Source: Azolla caroliniana (lineage: Eukaryota; Plantae; Polypodiophyta). Taken from it: DNA of 64,000 nt. Location of the stretch: positions 5,146,001 through 5,210,000 of the forward strand of contig JBHGNT010000014.1 of NCBI GenBank assembly GCA_043228905.1. The letters are read 5' to 3'. Under the pieces are notes generated by a model. It did not search any database. It worked only from the letters and a program-made list of their open reading frames with translations, and was not told the DNA's origin. A program made the position numbers and the translations under genes. Each line of letters begins with the position of its first letter. Positions within the stretch are counted from its first letter, which is position 1. Shown here one piece after another: positions 23,592 to 34,491 of this stretch.

Positions 23592-26450
23592 ATGAAAAAA
23601 AAAACAAGCGCCAACATGCAACAAGAAGACCCCCACCACATAGAAACCCTCACATTTCGCGAACAGAGGAGCACAAACGCAAACAGGAGATTGAAGATCA
23701 ACAAACGCGAACCCACGCACACAGAGACTCCTCACACACAACCCTCACCAGCGCTCACCAACCTCGACGAAGCCATGGACTGCAAAGCACTCTCTAAAGC
23801 AACCAAGAAGTGGCTAAGGCAACACGGCTTAGAGGGTTTCTTCACCATCATGGAGGCGCCACCGCACCGAGAGGCGGAGAAGATAGTCAAAGAAATCGAC
23901 ACGGAGCTTATTACTAAGGAGGTCATCCATGCGTTGATTGGCCTTCCGGAAGGGGGAATCTTCACTATCGACAACCCTACCCCGGAACAGCTCTAAAAAT
24001 ACTTTGGGGAATACTCTCTGGCAAGCAAGGCCTACCGGACACAGGGCGGCGAAGATCCTCTCTTTCGAGAGATTGCTCAGGTGCTCCATGAATTCAGACA
24101 TGTATACCCTCGACCCCCCTACATGCCCCAGAACCGGGCCTGCTTAATGATAGCCACATATGAAGGCGTGAAGGTGGACTGGGCGGTACTGATTGCGGAT
24201 GGCCTCTGTGTGGCCATCGACTCTGTCAGAGGCAAAGAGGCTCGAAAGATATGGACGGCGGTGGCGCAATGGCTCACTCTATTGGCGCCACCTATCGAGC
24301 CTGTCAAGACCACGAAGCGGGGGAGAACAACCGAAGGCACCCCGAAAACGGCCTCTAAACGACAGCAGTTGTTGGCGTCTAAGGAAACCAAAGGGAAGGC
24401 AGCCGACACGGACCAAGCGGCAAAGGAGCGCGCCAACAGGAAGCGGCAGGCGGAAACGCAGGAGGAGCCACCGGTTCAACAAGCGCCGGACCCCTTGGTA
24501 GCGAAAATCAACATCGGGACTCGGGAGGAGGAAACGGAGGAGGAACCGTTAGAGCACCTCCAGCGGCGCCAGAAGGCAAGCACCTCCAAACATGTCGGGG
24601 AGCGTTCGGACCCAAAGAAGGATGAAACGTCTGTACCCCGCCCTGAGCAGCCTGCACCAAGGATGGAACCGAAACCGGTTCGGACAGAACCGGCCACAGA
24701 GCCCCCTACGCAACAACCTCTACTGGTGGGTCAAGATACGGCAAGACCCGATATGCAAGCGCCGGAAGTACAGTGGCCGACCCCACCGGCAGGCCAAGAG
24801 CATTCAGAGGCGGAGCAGCCAACGGAGCCGCAACCAAAACGGCAAAGTGGTCACCAACAAGAGCCAGAGTTGCAGCTCGACGCAACTGGACAAAACCGAC
24901 CATTGGCCAGCGACACCAACTGCCAACCCTTCGGGCAGACGCAACAACAGGGCACCGGCAGCCAATGGCTCCGGTGGATTGAAGAACAGATTGCCAGAGT
25001 GGTACACTACATATAGGCGGAAGAGAAAGCGCAAATGGACCGGTTGCTCGTCACAACCGGAGAACTAGAGACGGCCCGGTCAAGGATCCGGAGCCTAGAA
25101 CAAGACTTGGACCTGGCCACAGAAGAATTGGCTAAACTGGCCTTAACCGGACCACAGCTCCAAGCACCAGTGACCCCGGTCGATGTACAGAATAAAGCAG
25201 CACCAGCACCTGTACATAGCAATAAGACCCCGGAGACGGAAACAGTCCCGGAAATAGTGGCGGCGCAAGCAAAAGAGCTTGCTGAATTAAGAGATGAACT
25301 GGCCGCACAGGAGGTATTATGCACCCGAGAGCGGGACTTGAAGAAAGCGGCAGAAGAAGAGCAACGAAAGACTGTTGAGAACCTCCGCCGGGCAGAAGAG
25401 AATCTGCGGAAAGGACATCAAGCCTACGACCGGCTGAAGGAGGAAAAAGAGAAGGCGCTGCAAGAAAAGGAGAAGCTGCGACAGATGGCGGAAATAGAGA
25501 TCGAAAGGCTGAAAGAAGAACTCCGTCAGCAAAAGGACCGGGAAGACCGCGCTCGCCGGCAACTCAACCAAAAGCTAAAGCAGAAAACCGATGATTTTGA
25601 GCACCTGCACTGGGACGACAAGCACCTGGATACAGAGCATAAGAAACAGCAGGAGAAGATGGTAGAGCTCCGGCAGGAGGTACATCGGGTTGAGACGGCG
25701 TTGGCGGAGGAACGGGTTGAAAGAACCACGCTACTGGAGGAAGCCGCGCAAGAACGGATGGAGCTGCATAAGCAGCATTATGAAGAGAAGGAAAGAGCGA
25801 TGATGATCTTGCAAAGGTTGCAGAACACTTATCAAACCCAACTGTCACATTACCGGGAGCAGGAGGTGGATACGGTGGCACTCATCAAGCAGTTGAAGGA
25901 TGAATGGCAAGCCGCGAAGGACAAATCAAAGATGGGATTGGAGCGGATCCAGTTCATTTTCCAGGCATGGAGGAACAAGACCAAACGCTTGATTGACGAA
26001 AGCTCCATGCAATGGTGGGACAAATGGGCAAAGCACACAGCCGAGCTCCAGTTGCTACGGGCAGACGCGGAAAACCGGCAGAAGGATGGCGACAACTGCT
26101 ACATGCTAACGAAGGAAGACTTCACCGCCATCAGAGAGGAGTTAGCCGAAGATTTTATAACTCTGGCGGAGGAGCAAGCAGCAGTGGTTCGGCAACTTGT
26201 AGCCCAGCTAGATGATGATCGACTGGATGCTCAAATCCAGTTTGAGAGCTATGAGCGGACCAGGCTACGGAGAGCAGAAGCAAAGCAGGCGGCGACCGTC
26301 AACCTCAGTGATGAGGAGCCATCACCGGAGCAAGGACCGGACGGAGACAAGGCCGGGACGAGTCAACCGGAGTCAAATCCGGCGGAGCAGCTAACGAAGG
26401 AATCACCGCCACAACCACCGGTACCGGGAGCCGAACAGACGCCCACTTAG
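23592..26450 (+). pseudogene. Gypsy C extra sense ORF (~950 codons: conserved N-terminal domain, Pro/Glu-rich linker, long coiled coil); two premature stops
   Basis: ORFs 23592-23996, 24081-25016 and 25035-26450 share one frame, separated only by TAA and TAG. Confidence 0.82.
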
Positions 26451-26600
26451 GAGCAACAGTCGGAGGAGCCATAGCCACTGCAACAACAACAGCCGCAACA
26501 GCAACAGCAGCCAAACCAACAACAACAACCGAATTCCGAACAACCATTGGATACCCTGGAGCAGAGTATTTTGGACATCTTGGACGAAGGCTAAGGGCCG

Positions 26601-26645
26601 GATAGTGGGATTCGACGTACAAGGTACTATCCCATGGGCGTGCCA
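26601..26645 (+). other. tRNA-Arg 3'-end-like sequence (inverted PBS) at the PPT position of Gypsy C
   Basis: GATAGTGGGATTCGACGTACAAGGTACTATCCCATGGGCGTGCCA, then TG, then the LTR at 26648; no purine tract. Confidence 0.85.
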
Positions 26646-26647
26646 TG

Positions 26648-27094
26648 TGTTACCCGGCCGGCAAAGGAGCAAAGACCAGAATGTGAAAGGGATGGTTATT
26701 TGGAATATATTTAATTAAGTAGAATAGATTATAATTATGTAGTGAACGGACGGACCGGAATCGGTATGCCAATCCGGATCCGAACCGATTCCAAACAGGT
26801 GCCGGTTGGCACCGTTTTGTACGCAGCACCGGTGACCTATATAAAGGCCCGGTTACAATGTATAACTTTAACGGAGAATTAATATAAGCTTCTTGTTTTA
26901 TCTTCACGTATTGATTACCGTTCTGAATTAATTGTTATATCTTACGCGTGTATTAAGTGGATGCCTTATTGCTAAGTAGCTAATTAAGTTGAAGTAATTG
27001 TTGTGTCTTAAGTTATCTCGCCGTAACACCCTTTGGTGAAGTGTCTTCCGGAGACACCCTGTGTTAGGCCATTGTCCGGCCCTAAGGATTAACA
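26648..27094 (+). repeat. Gypsy C 3' LTR
   Basis: Direct repeat of the 5' LTR, followed by TSD CCCTC. Confidence 0.95.
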
Positions 27095-27182
27095 CCCTCA
27101 TCTTCGACTTCCAAATTGGGTAGTCGGAGCCGGTGAGCTTGAACATGCCGCCGAACTGATCTTCCCTGCTCTGATACCAGAT

Positions 27183-27437
27183 TGAAAGTAATAGAGCTCG
27201 GCCACAACTAAGTCTCAATCACACGATGGAAGAAATAAACAGAATATAGCAATGCACTTGATGAGATAGAAGAGACAACAACGGATGTTAACGTGGAAAA
27301 CCCCTAATAGGGAAAAAACCACGAGAGCCCACTCGTTCCAACTATCACTATAAGAGAAGGGGTACAACGGAATGAGACTCAGAGGCAACGACCTTGAGCT
27401 TTTTATCTTCGCCAACAGGCGGTTACAACAAAAAAGA

Positions 27438-27476
<39 letters not shown>

Positions 27477-27477
27477 G

Positions 27478-27554
<77 letters not shown>

Positions 27555-27844
27555 TGTATGTATGTATGTATCTATATATATATATACAACTTCACTATAT
27601 CTCAACTACAACAACATGATTGCCCTAAGTTATATTTATACTCATATAACTTTTCAAGCTATTTACAAGTATGGCCGGAACGGCACATAGGAACATATTT
27701 ACAAATATGTTTCTTCTCTTGTTCACCACCGGATCTGGCCAAATACCTTCCGATTCCATCCGGTCTGGTTTCTTCCTTCGACTCTCCCGATCTAGCTCGT
27801 CCGGTTCTCATCTGGATCCATCCGGAGGGACCGAATTCCCAACA
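27183..27844 (-). repeat. Copia D 5' LTR, containing (CT)n/(AT)n/(TATG)n microsatellites at ~27441-27586
   Basis: TG...CA on the minus strand, adjacent to the iMet PBS, homologous to the B LTR. Confidence 0.85.
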
Positions 27845-28473
27845 TTTACAAAGATGTCCTAAACCTAGACTGTCCAAAGGGACAATGTGAATACGACCAT
27901 TAGAGACCCGTATTCGACACGTAGAACCGAATCGGACGAGGAGCGCGAGCAAGGCATGGATACGCTAGGAAGAGTCAGATGCCAACTCAAGGAGAACCTC
28001 AAGTTGAGCTTGAGGGGGAGTATTGAGCAAGCAAGCTCAACTTGGGCTGGATCGGCAGAAGAAGCCGAGAATCGGATCGGACTGGACCGATCGGTTAGGC
28101 CTGGATCGGTTGAAGAAGATGGGAGATGGATCGGACGTAGACCGATCAGCGAGGCCTGATCGGTGGGAGCCGGAAGGCCGTTCGAAAGATATTCCGCGAA
28201 GGAATATATTTGGGAGTTAGTGTAGGGTCTCACTTATGAGCATTCAAGTATTGATGGTACTTGTATCGGTCCTTTTAAGAACTTGTATAAAAGTGCTCTC
28301 TGAGCACATTCGATGTACAGAGTGTTTATAGAGTATTGAGTTATTTTTGAAATAGAGTTCATGTTTTTCTCTCTCTCTCTCTCTCCCGCAACTCTCTATG
28401 TATCTCCAAGTTTTCCTTTAAACCTTCATTTCTGTCTCTCCGTTGCTATGTAACTGAGCCGGTTGTGTCAACA
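27845..28473 (+). mobile_element. 3' end of Copia 'F': RNase H tail, PPT 28012-28020, 3' LTR 28021-28473
   Basis: TTTACAAAG (..FTK), then AAGTTGAGCTTGAGGGGGAG as in Copia H, then LTR TATTGAG...GTCAACA. Confidence 0.68.
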
Positions 28474-28716
28474 CTTCCGCACATAGCTTTTTCAAAAGGC
28501 ATCGGAAGCGGTTGGACCAGAATGTAGAAGAGATTTTGACTTGAGGACGACAAGAATGGTTGGAACAAGTGGCCAAATTACAGATATTCCATGCAGACCA
28601 CGAAAACCGTCAAAAAGAGAGCCGAGGATTCTACAAAATGGACGAGGACAGCATCAAACTACTTCGAGAGGACCTGACCGATGAATTCTACCCCCGCGCC
28701 CAGATGCATAACGAGG

Positions 28717-28889
28717 TGTCGTAGTGTATTTCATACACTACGTGAAATATGTATGGAGTACCCAATTGGATAAGTATAAAGAAAATCTATTCATAATCTC
28801 AACTGCCTTAAGTTCCTCTTTCTCCTAGTCCAAAACCTCTGTGATTTCCACCCGACTCATGTAATGATCCGGCGTCGAAAGGCACGACA
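28717..28889 (+). mobile_element. 173-bp insertion with TGTCGT...ACGACA termini; short relative of 48741-49475
   Basis: Both ends match the ends of 48741-49475 in reverse orientation. Confidence 0.7.
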
Positions 28890-29404
28890 ACGGAGATCAG
28901 AAAATTGATCGAGGAATTCGAGGATGAGTAGACTTGGAAAAATATGAACAAGAAAGAATCCAGGCCGAGGCAGAAACCGATGACTAAAAAGGAGAGGAAG
29001 AAGAAGAAACTAGAGAAGCCAAGGACGAACGAGTGGCGAATGTGGAGCATGAAGCCATCATCAAAGGCACAAAAGAGCAAGACGAGAGCGGCTAGGACAA
29101 GGAAGCGCCAACGAAGCAAAGGCCCCAAAACAACGAAGAACTGCCACAGGCAAATAACGAATAGTAAAGGGAGCCAAACCCCACAACACCACAGCAACCG
29201 ACAACGGAAAATCAACCAGCAACGACAACCGAAGATCAGCCAACCGAGGTACAACAGACACATCCCGAATACGCGGCCAAATTGGAAATCAAAGCATATG
29301 ACTCGCAATAGTCGCCGAGCATCTTGCACATTTTTTACGAGGAATAATTCGCAACAATTTTGGCGTTGATTTTTTTCCAATTTGATTATTCTTTCGATTT
29401 TTTT

Positions 29405-29433
29405 GCGGGGTTCAATGTCCCACGGGTGTGCCA
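29405..29433 (+). other. tRNA-Arg 3'-end-like sequence (inverted PBS) at the PPT position of Gypsy G
   Basis: GCGGGGTTCAATGTCCCACGGGTGTGCCA, then AG, then TGTTG (LTR start). Confidence 0.8.
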
Positions 29434-31673
29434 AGTGTTGGCCAGTGGGACAAGGTGTGAAAAGAGGTTGAAGGGGCCAAGCACAATTACCCAAATAAAG
29501 GGAACCAAGTATTAAGGAGGAACGATTGTAACATGACATGCTCCCTAGAAGAGGGACCAAAAGAGCAGGGGGGGGGGGGGGGATAATATTATTAGGCAAG
29601 AAGTGTAAAGCGAGAGGGAGAGTGAGTGTTATACCGACAATCATTCGGTACTTGTATCTGTATGTATTCATAATCAAGTATTCTTTCTTGTGGGGTAATC
29701 TTGTGTGCCTAACGTGTAATATAAGTATACGGTTTGTGTAATCGTGAGCCTCTCATCGGTTGTAGCCAATTCGACAGAAGATCTACTATTGTTTTCCCTA
29801 AGAAGTTCTAAAGAGTTTTCTAAATCCCCAAGTGTCGTGCAGATCAAACGAGCTCGGGGATTCACCGAGAACATTATCTAGGAATTCCTTGGGGCAGAGT
29901 TACCTCCCCTAACTCCCGTATCCGGCTAAGTGTATAGCCAATGGGACGACCCGAGGTCCCTTCCTATCACAATCACCTTGGTTCCGTTACTTGGAAATAG
30001 TAAACGAGGGTGTGTTCCTTCAAAAAAGGGGTAACAAAAATACCCTGCTGAAATAACACATTACACATTATATTTTGTCACATTTAAAGAATAGATAGAC
30101 TCTTAAATTGTATGATTATGTAAATTTCATATTTAACTTGTAACACTTTCCTTTGGTATATGTATAGATCTCTTCAAGGATGGTATTATTTTCTTTTTGT
30201 GTATAATGTAGAGACCTAATCTACATTAAAATGATCTCAACTTCATTTCATGTAGGGTTCTAGTAATAAATTGACACCTTAATAACATGCACATTATGTT
30301 CAATTAAACATGAGAATAATTGTGATTTAATCAAGTTTGGCCTTACATCTCAATATAGGGAATTCAATCAATAAAATTGAACCAACGCCATTATAACTTA
30401 AGTTCAACCACTTTGACCAAGTAGCCATGGTGTGAGTCTGAACATGTTGCGTAATAGTCTTTCCAACATTCGCACAAGCACTAAAGAAGTACACAAAATT
30501 TGACAATAAATCACAAAAATGTAGGATGGAATCTCATAATTGGTTTGATCACTCAATTATTGACTACTTTTGACCTAGATTCTTTAGAAAAATAAATGAG
30601 AATAGTGATTGCTTCCCTTTTTATGCGTTGGATCCACTAGGTGTTACAACCAAAAACTTTGTAAGCGGTAGAATGAAAAGAGCACTCTCAATATGTGTGG
30701 ATGTTTTTAAATGAAAATGGACCAAAAGTATGAGGTTCTCTTAGTACATGTGGCTATTTTGCATCATTTGTAGGTCTTGATCTTTTATTATCTTGCTTTT
30801 TTTTTAAAATATTCATATTCAACCTTGACACCAATGTTTTGGAAATGTGTAATCTTATGAAAAGTTAAACCTTCATCTCAAGATGTAGAATTGATTTATT
30901 TAGAAGCTATAAGTATTTGAGGGAAGCTATAAGTATTTGAGGGTTTTATCCTAAAAGCATCTAAATTTTTTGTGCCATCAATTTCAATTTTGAGGTTGAT
31001 TATCGAATGTAATGTCAATGAAAATCACCCTAATGTCAACTAAATACATATCTAGACATAGGTTAACATTAAGAGGGTATATGAACTGAAGCGCTTATAT
31101 GAATTAAGTTGACAAAGAAATAGTGCATTTAGCATTCTCATATTTTGTGCGATGGGTTTAGGAAGATGATCAACATTCTAAACTCATATCATTTTATCAA
31201 GTAATAGACTTGTATGGTATTCTATTTGTATAGCAGTGAATATGCATAGTCACTTACAGGTCTAAGACGACTAATAATGTTAATACTGAAATCTCGGAAG
31301 GTGTTTAAATTTTATAGAAATAATCTAAATACACAAAACATATCTAAAACCATAGCTCAATAAACTCTTATGAACTTGTATTAATACATCAATGAATAAA
31401 TTGAGGCTTGTACCTTTGTTTGACTAATGTTTTTAACAAAAGATAGTCCAGTCTACTATAATTCTATTTGGTGATAATTTATATGAACTACAAGATTGAC
31501 AATGTTGGTAGCGGGGCTAACCCTTTTATTTCCATGAAAGAAAATCTGGAGATAAACAAAAACTCTAACATGCCATGGAACCAATCAATATCCATCACAT
31601 ATTGGGGAGTCTCTACTTCACAATACAAAGTCCTCGAAGTGGCTAGTGTATTGACCTCCATCGATTGGATGTA

Positions 31674-33775
31674 TTAAACATGTATGTTGTTTTTCATTTC
31701 ATTCTTTTCCATGTCCACCTTCGCTCTAAAAACGAGTCAAACAAGCAAATTGAACATAATTTGTTCGATTTGATAGAATGTTTACATACTTATTCGTCGA
31801 TTTGTTTTAATTACATACCGCAAGTCTTGAAGCTTTTTAAAGAATCCATGTGAAAATTGCTCAAATTCCCTCTCGATTTCCTGCATCCTATGCTAAATCA
31901 CAACAAAGCACATCCAATTGAACGCAATAATGCCTCATAGCTTGTCCACAATACCTTTAACTTGGAGAGACACAAGTCCCTTTGTCTTCTCTCAAGGGAT
32001 AATTGAGTCAATACTTCCTAGTAAAAATTTACAAACACATTATAGCAAAAGTTTGCAAGAATCTTTTAGAACAAGAAATGTCAACATTCATTCTCCATTA
32101 GAAACCACACTAGACACAAGACACAAAGTATCTTGTGGGCCAACGTATGGAGCTACAATATGTGTATTAAATAAACACCACATTAGTTACATGAATGAGC
32201 CTTCAATATGATGACAGATTACACAGTGACACACTTGGAAAATAAACATTCACAATAAACATTCACAATAAACATTCACAATCAAGGTCAAGGTTCAGTT
32301 AAAGTATGCTCCAAACTATCACCTCGATAATAAGAATGATATAGGTTATTCACATTGTTGTAACCCCACAACCAAGCCGAGGATGAGTGACCATATGTAG
32401 TATCGGTTACATTGTCATAATTGTTATGAAGCACAATAGGAGCACCGTAGAGTTCAAAGACAACTATGGGTAGTTTGAGCATGTGTCATATAATGCCATT
32501 TCCCATTGTTGTAAAGAAATATCGGACCCAATCAAATGGAGCAGAAGGCCTAATCTCTAGATCCCTAATGGTTGGTTTGGTATACATCGTAGCACTAGAA
32601 AAAATGAAATCAAATGCAGATCAATTCCTCCATCTCAAAGATTGTATTTAATTCTACTATAGATGTTATATATATATATATATATCGAAAATGATGGTTG
32701 AATAAAATTATGATGCAACTTGGGGGGTAAAATTATGATGATGCACTATTAGAGTGATCAAGCCTTACGAACTCATTAGAGCATATCAAACAAGTATGAG
32801 CTTTCAGTAAGGCATAGTTGCATACATACATGTAAAATACATGCAAAATACATGCATAGTTGCTATACCGTTTGACAATCCAATTGACAACAAATACTAC
32901 ATTTGCATGTATGTGTATACCAGGATAGACAAGAAGATATCATCATGCAATCACATATGTCTTCAAGTGGTTAAGTGGTTACATCATCAAGGCAAACAGA
33001 ATGTATGGTATATATCACACTAGATAGATGAGAAGATATAAACATATAATCATACATGTCTTAAACGGTTACATCTTCAAGGCCAACCAAAAAAATGCAT
33101 CCTCTCGCGAGTTTGCAATGTACATGCAATGAATGTATGACACTTTTGCATCTTGTATGCAAATTTGCAATATATGGCATTGTTTGCACTCTGTTATTTC
33201 TCCCATTTCCCCTAGCAATGCCCCATTCAACCATGAAAGAGAGAAATAGGGGAGGAATCAAACACCATTATATAATATAACTTAACTAATTGCTTGAATA
33301 GCAACAGAAAATGTCGATGAATTGGGACAAGAAAAGATTGGCCAAGTGCATGTGGGGATATAGAGACGAAAAAAGGTAGGGGAATTGGGGATATGTAAAC
33401 AAAAATCCCCTTGAAGGTGTGTATGACATGCCATGTCCATCATGATTTCTTATGTAAACAAAAAAACCCTTGGAGGTGTATGTCATGCCATGTCCATCAT
33501 TTCTCTCATGTATCTGTCTATCTATGGAGATGTATATGGATATTGAAAAACATGCATGAGACAGTTTGTGGTCATACATACCTGCATATGATTGAAGAAC
33601 TCATAGTCCTCAGTATCATGCGACTTCATCATGCTTGCATGTTCATCCTTTTCATCATCACTCGCCTTCTTCTTCTTCATCATATTCTTCTTGTTCGATT
33701 CCGGGGAACATTGGTCGTCTTCTTCTTCGGTATATTCATCATCATCATCGACCTCTTCCTCTGGATGGCCTAGGA
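31674..33775 (-). CDS. Candidate spliced gene or pseudogene of unknown function (acidic exon plus short coiled-coil exons)
   Basis: Phase-compatible AG/GT exons 32017-31955, 31892-31819 and 31725-31674, plus an open acidic exon at ~33776-33582. Confidence 0.3.
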
Positions 33776-34491
33776 TCTGGTTGTATCAATGAAAGCCTCA
33801 ATAATAATTTTGCGTTCTTGATCCATGGTCATGGGGTAGTAAATATATCAGTACCTACCCCCATCGATCCACTGTTATATAATATAAGACAAGAAGATCA
33901 GTTGTTGGTTTATAACTACCTTTCTTGCGAGAGTGGGGTCGAAGACCTGCAGGCATGCGTGAGAGAGATTGAGATTAAGATTAGGAGATTAAGGTTAATG
34001 TTAAGGTTAAGATTAAGAAATTTATGATTAAGATTAATAGATTGTCGATTATGATTATGATTAAGAGGTTGAGATTAACAGATTAAGATTAAGAGACTGA
34101 GATTAAGAGATTGAGATTGGGATCGAAGTTAAGTGAGATTAAGACTACGATTAATGGTTAAGAAGATGGAGTCCAAGATTGAGATCGAGATTCGTATTGA
34201 GATTAAGTAAGTTTTGGATCGAATTATGAAGGGGTTGGTTGTGGAGAAGGACCTTGGGCCCGAACACGCGTACGTTAGTCTGCATCTGTTATCTTTCCAA
34301 ATCTTTTTTCTTCTGTCTTTTTGTTTGTTTGTAAATGGAGGAGGGGAGAAGAGAGGCTTCAAATTTTTCCTGCATCCAAAATTTCACATGAAAACAAACG
34401 CACGTACATTTTTCTACAGGAGACAAATTTGTAAACAATTTCCTACCTCACAAAGAGTTTCTCCTTTATTCAAGTCTCGTTATGTATTTAC

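Larger units (their letters stand above)
16933..27094 (+). mobile_element. Full-length Ty3/Gypsy 'C' (same lineage as A), degenerate, with an extra 3' ORF and no PPT
   Basis: LTRs 16933-17369 and 26648-27094 (TGTTACCC...AACA); TSD CCCTC (16928-16932 / 27095-27099); gag-PR-RT-RH-INT fragments. Confidence 0.97.
14136..27844 (-). mobile_element. Degenerate Ty1/Copia 'D' (older relative of B), interrupted by Gypsy A and Gypsy C
   Basis: Minus-strand 5' LTR 27844-27183 starts TGTTGGGAATTCGGTCCCTCCGGATGG like B. PBS TGGTATCAGAGC at 27179-27168. Gag/INT/RT fragments at 14136-16932 closely match B, with many stops and frameshifts. Confidence 0.92.
28474..30036 (+). mobile_element. 3' end of Gypsy 'G' (A/C lineage): extra-ORF remnant and 3' LTR 29436-~30036
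   Basis: QEWLEQVAKLQIFHADHENRQKE...DEDSIKLLREDLTDEF matches the C extra ORF (KWAKHTAELQLLRADAENRQKD...KEDFTAIREELAEDF). LTR TGTTGGCC...GGGTAACA; its right end is not confirmed by a TSD. Confidence 0.72.

Noticed and set aside
26601-26645. Hammerhead ribozyme (retrozyme) or a real tRNA gene at the 3' LTR boundary
   Set aside because: No CTGATGA/GAAA core is present, and only the T-arm/acceptor part of a tRNA is there, with no D or anticodon arm.
28808-29677. 289-aa minus-strand ORF
   Set aside because: It is the antisense of the low-complexity extra-ORF tail of G and crosses an LTR boundary.
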